In this document: positions 54,741-64,000 of the stretch, piece by piece
Numbering within the stretch: the stretch's first letter is position 1
Layout: every line of letters starts with the position of its first letter
The notes under the pieces: model-generated
What the model was told of the DNA's origin: nothing
The model's database searches: none
What the model saw: the letters and a program-made list of their open reading frames with translations, nothing else
Source of the DNA: Felis catus
Lineage: Eukaryota
Direction: 5' to 3'
DNA length: 64,000 nt
NCBI RefSeq assembly: GCF_018350175.1
Contig: NC_058368.1
Location: 231,262,001-231,326,000, forward strand
Position numbers and translations under genes: made by a program

Positions 54741-55173
54741 AGGAGCCTGGGTGGCTCAGTTAAGCATTGGACTTTGGTCAGGTCATGATCTCACCGTTCG
54801 TGGGTTCGAGCCCAGCATCGGGCTCTGTGCTGACAGCTCAGAGCCTAGAGCCTGCTTCGGATTCTGTTTCTCCCTCTCTGCTCCTCCCCTACTCGCACTG
54901 TGTCTCTCTGTCTCTCTCAAAAATAAATAAACATTAAAAAAAATTTAAAGAAAGAGTGGAAATTTCTTGGTTTTATGAAGTTTATTTATTTTGAAAGAGA
55001 GAGTAGGCATGCATGTGGAAGAAGGCAGAGAGAGAGGAGAGAGAGAATCCCAAGCAGGCTCCCTGCTGTCTGTGCGGAGCCCCATGTGGAGCTTTGTTCC
55101 ATGAACTGTGAGATCACAACCTGAGTGAAACCAAGAGTCAGATGCCTAACCGACTGAGCCACCCAGGTGCCCC
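54741..55173. mobile_element. Tail-to-tail inverted CAN-SINE pair (+54741-54948, -54971-55173)
   Basis: The forward copy has the TSD AAGAGTGGAAATTTCTTG. Confidence 0.88.
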
Positions 55174-55823
55174 TGATAATGAACTTTTAAACAGTTTAAT
55201 TTAATTTCCCAACATTGGTAGGGACTCTCTAAATTAAACCTTTCTTAGTCATTAATTCCAACTCGTCTTCACATTGAGTTGAAATAAAGGAAGATGACCC
55301 ATGTTAATACTCAAGTTTATAATTTCAGGGATCCTAAATGATGGAAAGGATGTGGATAATTACAACATATGGAAAAATGCTAGAAAGTATGAGAAAACTT
55401 TAATCCTGTTACTGCGCATTTAATTATTTATTCCTTTTTGAAAACCTGGCCACTGATTTCCACTCAATAGTTTCATTGTTTGCTAAAATATAAATAAAAG
55501 ATTATTTAAAATTTCGGTTCTTTCTGAGCTTGTTATATCTGGCATTTTGCTCTTTTAATATTCATTTATATCAATTAATTATGATTTAATAAAGATGATT
55601 TGACTCTAGGACCTTAACTAATAGCCATTTATTTTTAAGAGAATGACCAACATGGATCAAGGAAGATGAATGTGAAAATAAGGCCCAAAGAAAACTTGCT
55701 AATTGCTAAGTTGATACTTTTGTATAGTCCACCTTATTGTTGTCCCTCTTTTAAACAGAGCCAACTATAGAGAGTATTCTTAGGTAAATAAAAAGATGTC
55801 CTTTCATATACTTTAAAAAAGTT

Positions 55824-55988
55824 GGGGGGCGCCTGGGTGGCTCAGTCGGTTGAGCGTCCGACTTCAGCTCAGGTCATGATCTCATGGTTTGTGGGTTCGA
55901 GCCCCACATCGGGCTCTGTGCTGACAGCTCAGAGCCTGGAGCCTGCTTTGGATTCTGTGTCTCCTTCCCTCTCTGCTCCTCCTCTGCA

Positions 55989-56024
<36 letters not shown>

Positions 56025-56290
56025 AATAAATAAACATTAAAAAAAAAAGTTTAGGGGCGCCTGGGTGGCGCAGTCGGTTAAGCGTCCGACTTCAGCCAGG
56101 TCACGATCTCGCGGTCCGTGAGTTCGAGCCCCGCGTCGGGCTCTGGGCTGATGGCTCGGAGCCTGGAGCCTGTTTCCGATTCTGCGTCTCCCTCTCTCTC
56201 TGCCCCTCCCCCGTTCATGCTCTGTCTCTCTCTGTCCCAAAAATAAATAAAAAACGTTGAAAAAAAATTAAAAAAATAAATAAAAAAAAA
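55824..56290 (+). mobile_element. Two tandem forward CAN-SINEs; the second (56054-56290) is young and inserted in the tail of the first
   Basis: AAAAAAAAAGTTTA flanks the second copy. Confidence 0.9.
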
Positions 56291-58396
56291 GTTTAAACAA
56301 ATCAAAAAAAGTCAACTGATCACTAAAAAGTTCAATTTTAATAAGCCTCAGTTCAGAGAATTCCAAAGCATTATTCAATTTGAAGGGCATGCTTAGAGGT
56401 GGAAAGGAAGGAAATCGTGTTACTGAAAAGCAAATGAAAGCCCCCAAGTGAAAAATCTGTAGCAAGATGAATCATCATTTACTCTTAAGGTCTAATTCTT
56501 CCTACTGAGTTTTCTTCTTTGGCCCGGTGACACATCTGTGAAGGATCGTGATTTTATACAATTAATTCCACGACTATAAGTACTGAAAAAAGAGAGGTTA
56601 TTAAAACTCAGGAGACTTCTGAGTTCTAGTAAAACCATTAAGAAGGAACTAATGTGATAATAAAATGAAAAGCAATTCAAAACTTATCAGCCTAATAAAG
56701 AATATTACCAAATATCTTACTGTAATAAAAATCTTTGAAAATGAAGCACAGAGAAAAAAAAAAAAAAAACAACCCACCAGCTCAGATTCAGATCTGTTGT
56801 GATGGGTTTGGCCCTTATTAAACCAGCCAGGATATCTTGGAGAGGATATTTAATTACTGAGTGATTTGTAACCAAATTCACGGGAGGGTTCTAGGGAGGA
56901 TTGTAAGCATCTTGGCACCAAAGTGGACCACACAGTCTTGCCACGAACACCGTGTATCCTTTGTACGCACCTGTCTTTTCTGTGATCCCGTTAGAAGCGC
57001 GGCTCTTTCCTCTGCAAGGCGGTGAGTTACACATCGCACTGAAATAACACCATTCTGCCAAGAAGCACAAGTATTTCATCTATACGCAGGGAGTCTGATG
57101 TCAAGAAATGCTTTGTGGCAGATGGCGATGTGTACAGGTCCCCCACCTTCCATTTTTACAGTCCTGAAGGGAAGAGAGGATTAAGTGTCCAACCTCGGAC
57201 TCATTCCTCACTACGGAAGAAAGGCTGGCTTTGCCCCGGGGGGACTTGTGCCGGCCTGTGCCATCAGGTTCCCCCACGGGAGGATCGCGCACGCGAAGCT
57301 CGCATTTCCCAACTGTCAGAAACCGTGGGATGAGCCATTGGGAAAATTCAAGTAATCAGAATCACAGAAGATTCCAGGTACGTTCTCCTGCCCGGCCTGT
57401 CTGCTCTCCCCCTTCATGCCCCTGACGGGTTTCTCTTGAGCACTCTTCCTTTCCCGCGCTGTCTCTTTCTCTCTCACCCCCTCTCCTCGAGGCCCTCCTC
57501 CTCCCAGTGCCCTTAAGTTACTTCCGGACGCCCCAGTAGGGTCCCAGTCCGTTGTTTTGGACTCCTCTCTCCACAAAAACCATGCCGCTGAAAGGTGAGC
57601 TTTTCCATGATAATCTCCCGTAACTATAACATTGGGATGGACCTGAAGAAAGCTAACCAGCTCCTTCATGGTAAGGTGAGAGGTGACGTCATACGAGAGG
57701 TGGCTGGCCTGGCCTGGCCAGGCCAGTGTCCTTGGATCTGGCCGAATGCCTGCTACGCTCATCCACACCGGGCTGGCCATACCCAATTCCCACGTAGGCA
57801 GGGCTCTAAGAGGTTTTGTGGCGCTCTGCACAGCCACTGGGTGAATCAGTATGGTGCCTCTTCTTGGAGGGTCAATGCAAGAAGTACTCTTCTTGGGAAA
57901 AAATTAAGGGTCGTGTCTCTTAGCTCCCCGTCCCCTTCCGTGTTCGGTGAGGGGCGGAGACCGCACCTTTCTGCTTTGCCAGCTGCTCCTTTTCAGGCTC
58001 TGTCAAGAGGGGGGTCGAGCGTGAGCGTGGCCACAGGGCTGGAGAAGGGACCCAGTTCTTCCTGTTTCCTGTGACTGGCTGTCCACGCAGTGGCTGACCG
58101 CCCGGGGCCCGTTCACTTCCTTACCTCGCAGCATCACGTTTCCAGTAGCAACGGTTGATTTCAGTTTGCAGTTTTCCCACGTGCCCAGGACCAGTCTCAT
58201 GGGTCTCCTTAGAAACACGGCACTGGCTGTGCATATCCTCCCCACTCAGAGACCCGGGTCCCTTATGAGCCTGCTCCCCTGGGCTTCAAGGGCCCCATTA
58301 TCCCAGCCTCTTCTCTTTATTCCCTGACCCTCGCGTGTTAGTTGCTTTCTGCATCACGACCTCTGTGAACCTCTGTGTGTCCGCATTTGCGTTTTT

Positions 58397-58642
58397 TTTT
58401 TTAATTTTTTTTATTAAAAAAAATTTTTTTTTTCTTAATGTTTTTATTTATTTTTGAGACAGAGAGAGACAGAGCATGAGCAGGGAAGGGGCGGAGAGAG
58501 AGGGAGACACAGAATCGGAAGCAGGCTCCAGGCTCTGAGCCATCAGCACAGAGTCTGATGCGGGGCTTGAACTTACAGACTGTGAGATCATGACCTGAGC
58601 CAAAGTCAGACGCTCAACCGACTGAGCCACCCAGGCGCCCCC
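58397..58642 (-). mobile_element. CAN-SINE with 16-nt TSD, inside a probable ERVL-type LTR ending ...CCCTGACTGATACA at ~58751
   Basis: CCGCATTTGCGTTTTT at 58381 and 58641. Confidence 0.88.
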
Positions 58643-58888
58643 GCATTTGCGTTTTTAGGTCACCAGTGCTTGGTTGTCAGCTTTTCTGTTAAATTCTCTG
58701 TGAAAACAGTGCGCGTGGTTTCTGTGTCCTGGCCAGACCCTGACTGATACAAGTACGTCAATCAGTATTTACTATGATATTAAAATAATCATAATATCTA
58801 TGGAGTAGAACACAACATTTATTTACATTTAAGAGATAAAACAGAAACCACCTCAAAGGAATTTCACACCTCTTTAGAAATGCCTCTT

Positions 58889-60008
58889 TTTTTATATTAA
58901 ATATAATTTATTGCCAAAATTGGTTTCCATATAACACCCAGTGCTCATCCTAACAGGTGCCCTCCTCAATGCCCACTACCCACCCCCCATCAACCCTCAG
59001 TTTGTTTTCTGTATTTAAGAGTCTCTTATGGTTTGCCTCCCTCCCTCACTGTAACTTTTTTTTTTTCCCTCCCTTCTCCTTCCCCCTGGTCTTCTGTTGA
59101 ATTTCTCAGGATCCACATATGAGTGAAAACATATGGTATCTGCCTTTCTCTGTAGACGTATTTCACTTAGCATAATACCTTTCAGTTCCATCCACATTGC
59201 TACAAATGGCCAGATTTCATTCTTTCTCATTGCCGAATAGTATTCCATTGTATATATAAACCACATCTTTATCCGTTCATCAGTGGATGGACATTTAGGC
59301 TCTTTCCATAATTTGGCTATTGTTGAAAGCGCTGCTATAAACATTGGGGTTCAAGTGCCCCTATACATCAGCACTCCTATATCCCTTGGGTAAATTCCTA
59401 GCAGTGCTATTGCTGGGTCATAGGGTAGATCTGTTTTTAGTTTTTTGAGGAACCTCCACACTGTTTTCCAGAGCGGCTGCACCAGTTTGCATTCCCACCA
59501 ATACTGCAAGAGGGTTCCCGTTTCTCCACAGCCTCTCTAGCATCTATAGTCTCCTGATTTGTTCATTTTAGCCACTCTGACCGGCGTGAGGAGGTATCTC
59601 AGTGTGGTTTTGATTTGTGTTTCCCTCATGAGGAGTGACGTTGAGCATCTTTTCGTGTGCCTGTTGGCCATCTGGATGTCTTCTTTAGAGAAGTGTCTAT
59701 TCATGTCTTTTGCCCATTTCTCCACTGGATTATTTGTTTTTCGGGTGTGGAGTTTGGTGAGTTCTTTGTAGATTTTGGAGACTAGCCCTTTGTCCGATAT
59801 GTCATTTGCAAATATCTTTTCCCATTCCGTCCGTTGCCTTTTAGTTTTGTTGATTGTTTTCTTTGCAGTGCAGAAGCTTTTTATCTTGATGAGGTCCCAA
59901 TAGTTCATTTTTGCTTTTAATTCCCTTGCCTTTGGAGATGTGTCAAGTAAGAAATTGCCGCAGCTGAGGTCAGAGAGGTTTTTTTCCTGCTTTCTCCTCT
60001 AGAGTTTT
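58889..60008 (-). mobile_element. Feline L1 5'-truncated insertion (ORF2 C-terminus plus 3' UTR)
   Basis: ORF-track peptides [13 protein letters not shown]...EWEKIFAN and MFIAALSTIAKLWKEPKCPS are L1 ORF2; TSD GAA(A/G)TGCCTCTT. Confidence 0.92.
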
Positions 60009-61689
60009 GAAGTGCCTCTTGTGCCTTTACTGTCTTCTGTTAGGGGTACTGTAGTGGGGAAGTTTGAGAAGTGTAGGCTCTAGGAGTTATTCCCGAGCAC
60101 ATATCCATGCCAGGAGGGGAACTTCTGAGACTCTTGCCTTCATTGGAAGAGCCAGAGATGGTAGTTTGGTCGGAAAGATAACTTTTAGCAGCTCTCCACA
60201 AATTTTACCTATGAGCAAGTCACGTTGCTTCTTCAGAGATTAAAAGTGTGTGGCTTGAAATGACGCTATTCAGTTAATCATCAGAAAATGGTAATGGATT
60301 GGTATCCGAGCAGTTTTCCTGAACTCTCTTAAATTCCAGTAGAAAAGTTTTAGCTCAGGCCGAGTTGCCCACCCCATACGGACTGGGGAGTTCACGCACG
60401 AATCAGAGCCTTAACCAGCCTTTGGAGATGGCGTAAGTCACACCTTCTGATTCCAGCCAGAACTAAAGTAGCAGCTGTGGCTTGTTCTGTTCACTGATCA
60501 GTGAAGCTTCTGTTTCACATTGGGATACTGTGCATATGCTTGGCAGGCTGATGGAGTCTTGTTTGCAACTCCCAGAAAAGACATAACCATGGAGCATTAT
60601 CCTTCTTTAGTGAGCTCCCAGTGTTCTTCTCGGAGTAAATCAGGCAAGAGGACAGGAAGAGAGGAAACTCATTCTTGATAGTGTTTCAAACACTAAACTG
60701 TTCATAATGCAGGTTGGTATCAGGAAATAAATCAGTCTTTTATTTCTAAAGTCACAAACACAATGGTAACTAGATATGCATGGGTACACAGCCTTCTTAT
60801 ACCCTGAAGAGAAAATCAGGACATGGAAGTTACACTGGGGTAAGACACAAAGAAGCCTCCAGTAATAGTTGGGTAAGAGATGTGGACTAGGTTGGGATCA
60901 ATGAGGCTGCCCAGGTGAGTTTGGGCCAGGCCCATGGAGGTCATGAAATCTAGGTATAGCTTTCTTCTGTCGTTAGATGAATAAAGTTGTATTGATATAG
61001 ATGGCAAGACAGTCTTGATGGGAAAGGAACTTCTGAAGGGCATGCGGAGTGTATAGGAGAGAAGAAACCCCATACTTCCGCCTGGTCAATAGTCAGAAAT
61101 GGAGAGCAGAAGAAGCTGTGATAGAATTATCTATACAGAACCGGAGGTTTCCTCCCAGCTCGCAGATGCCTCTCTAGGTGACGGGCATGCAGAATATGAA
61201 GCTGACATCCTAGAGGTGGTTCTGTGACACAGGGACACCTGCTCTAGTTAGTCACAGGTGATTCTTTGGACTTCATGACTTGTATCCTCTAAAAGAGCCA
61301 AGCTTAGAGTTAATTCACCTGAGAAATAAAAACTTAGACCAAACACAATGTAAGGTCACTAACTGAATTGTATTTTTAGAAGCAAAAGCCATTCCCCTCA
61401 AGGTATACGTCCAGGTACACACTAGTTCGATGAGATGTTCCTGAGAAATTCTGTAGTGAAGAAACCTTTTAAAGTCTTTATCCACCTGTTTACAGATTTA
61501 TTAGAATACATAATTCTTTTTCTCACATAGCGTCTCTTAAATTGTAATTTGCAGATCAGTCTGGGAAACGCCCTAAGGTATTCTCATGCACGTAGAAACA
61601 CAGGTGAATATTGGTGTCTTCTTTTGGGTGTAGTTTTGTAAAGTTTATTGGAACTTATTCTTACACATCTCAATCTAAAAAAAAACGAA

Positions 61690-64000
61690 TGTGATAATCA
61701 TCAGGACATTTTACTATTATTTTAGGTGCCCTGCTTTCCAGGCACATGGTAGGATTGAACTCACCCAACCCTTGTTAGGCTTGGCCATGTGACTTGACTT
61801 GGTTAATAGAATGTGGGCACACATCTTTAAGAGCTAGTATACCAGTTGTTCCCTTGACTTCTTCCTGTCGTAGGAGTTCGAGATGGTGGAGTTTTTGTCA
61901 GGCTGGATCCCTTAGTGATGATGATAAGGAGCAGAGCCCCACCAGCTGATGCGTAATGGATATATAACATGAGAGAGAAATAATAATTTCTTCTAACCAT
62001 GGAAACTGTGGGGTTGTTTCTTACTGTGGCATAATTTAGCTTATTCTGACTGCTACAGAAATTGCTACCAGGAGTGGGGTGCTAACCTAGCCAGAAAATT
62101 ATAATTTGTCACTGGCTCGAACCACAAGCGATAGGCAGTGAAGAAACGGTTATAAAGTCTGGAAAGACAACAATCCATGTTATGCAGTGCAGAAAATTTT
62201 GGTTAAACCATTGCCCAGCTAGCTTGGAAGGCAGATGATGCGCCTAGTGAATTGGTAGCTCTAGAGAAGGGGGCAGGAAAACAGAATATTAGCAACGCAT
62301 GTTGCTTTCTGTTGGCTGCATTTTAAGAGACAGGGTCAGAAAAGAATTAGCTGGATTTTAATCAGGGGTTAATGGGAAATTTGAGGCTTTGCAATGTTGG
62401 AAAGGCTGACTGACATTGGATTCCAAACAGCAGAAGATAAACTTGAGAGGGCCTTTGCTAATAGAAAAAATGTTAAATCTGAGTCTTGCAGCAAAGGGTG
62501 TGACCTCTTTTGCCCACTATTAAAAACCATTCAACCGATTCTGTTTCCTTGGCTCACTACATTATTAAAACCTCTGCGTTATTAAAACGTCTTTACTAGA
62601 GTAAAGATCCAAGTAAGATATATTTTGAAGGTTAACTATGGGTGTGCCTGCTGGCGGATGAAGTTTTCTAGAATCAAGTAGATCAGGGGCTAATGTGACT
62701 GCAGAAGATACACTTCCAAAAGAATCGCTCTAGGTTGAGCTATAGGAGACTGTAACTACTAACCTCTTAAAATGACCCTTGGGCCCCAGAGATTTAGGGC
62801 AGGAGGTGGGCTTAGTAAGCTCACCCTCAAGCTCAGCCTGTTCCCTAATGCCTGCCTGCTTTGGAAGTATCAGAGAGCAGAATAGCAGAACATAAAAGGA
62901 AATCAGGGTCCATGGAGGATCATGGATAATGAGGCTTCTCGCGGAGAGCATATTTAGGGTCTAATATTCCCCAGGCCCAGGGTTGACCTTAAGGTATTTG
63001 TCCAGGGTTTCAGAATTGCTAGAGACCAGTGTCCCTGCGTCTCTCCTATTTTCTCTTTCCAAACAAGAACGTTTGTTGGAATTGTCTGTTCCCTGTTTCA
63101 TCTTTGTAAATTGGGTATGTGAGGGATAGGTAACTCTTTTTATTTCATAAGTCTCCAGAACAAGAAGAGGCACATCTAAGCACAGTTTAGTTACTGTGTC
63201 TCACTTCCTGTTATGGACTCAATTGTATCCCCCACGATCGAATGTTGAAGCCTTAATCCCCCCATGAGCCTATACTTGGAGGTAGGACCTTTAAAGAGGT
63301 GATTAAGAATAAGTGAGGTCATAAAGGTGAGGCCCCAATCCAGTGGGATAGACCTCAGGAAAAAATCAATCCTGCTACGCCTTGACCTTGGACTGTTAGT
63401 CTCTAGAACTGTGCACAATAAACTTTTGTTGTTTAAGCCCCGCTTCTGTGCTATTTTGTGATGCCAGCTTGAGCAGGCTAACCCAACTCAGGAGGAAGAG
63501 ACTGCCCTGCGTCACCCAGAGATACTTGATCCGGGGCATGGGGCTTCTGAGTTGTCTCTCTTGGGTAGGAAATAAGTAGATTTTGTTTAAAGGGAAGAAA
63601 ACAGAGCTGACTATTTAGCGACCAGAGAGGTGAACTGCAGTTATCATGAGGACTCTTCAGCTGTTAGGATTGTGCTTCCACAACCTCTGGAAGATAGGCT
63701 CGGTCATGTGGCTCACTTGGCCAATGAAATGTGACCAGAAGCGACAGGTGTTTTGTCTAGGCAGACTCCCATAAGAGGGAATGCGGAGTTTGCCATCGCC
63801 CCCCCTTCCCTCTGCCACAGCATCTGTGACGTTCCAGATGGTAGAGTGTCTGTCAACCTGTGTGCCTGAATGCAAATGACATAGAGCAGAGTCCCAGCCA
63901 GTCGACAGTTGTCATGAGCATGGGTGAGAAATGATGTTTACAGCTGTTGAGATTTGGGGACTGTTCATTATGGTGGCATAGCCTGCTCGATCTCAGCTGA
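61690..64000 (+). mobile_element. MLT1 (MaLR) LTR-internal-LTR element: 5' LTR 61690-62057, 3' LTR from 63636 to the window end, nested MLT1A-like LTR 63209-63485
   Basis: Homologous LTR starts TGTGATAATCATCAGGAC / TGCAGTTATCATGAGGAC; shared GGCCATGTGACTTGACTTGG / GGTCATGTGGCTCACTTGG and GAGCAGAG motifs; MaLR internal start GAAATTGCTACCAGGAGTGGGGTGCT; purine-rich tract before the 3' LTR. Confidence 0.75.

Noticed and set aside
59015..59908. ORFs resembling a reverse-transcriptase protein C-terminus
   Set aside because: Interrupted ORF2 remnants of a 5'-truncated L1 that cannot be autonomous

Overview
Mammalian genomic DNA, almost certainly from a cat-family (Felidae) genome, judged from the dense tRNA-derived carnivore SINEs of feline type and carnivore L1s. 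The window holds two complete head-to-head genes that share a CpG-island bidirectional promoter, with start codons about 450 bp apart. CCT5 (chaperonin TCP-1 epsilon, minus strand) has 11 coding exons, 1626 nt and 541 aa, and all introns are GT-AG. ATPSCKMT/FAM173B (mitochondrial ATP synthase c-subunit lysine methyltransferase, plus strand) has 5 coding exons, 657 nt and 218 aa. The remaining ~32 kb is repeat-rich intergenic DNA: CAN-SINEs (many with target-site duplications), L1, L2, MIR, MaLR LTRs and DNA-transposon relics. I see no convincing new gene or biological system. The most notable observations are: (i) a composite inverted local duplication at ~44.3-44.6 kb, apparently copied from two separate donors 2-3 kb downstream; (ii) an in-frame remnant resembling the longer human C-terminus just after the ATPSCKMT stop codon; (iii) an LTR-internal-LTR MLT1 element containing a nested second LTR. 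Repeat family names come from recalled consensus sequences and repeat boundaries are approximate.
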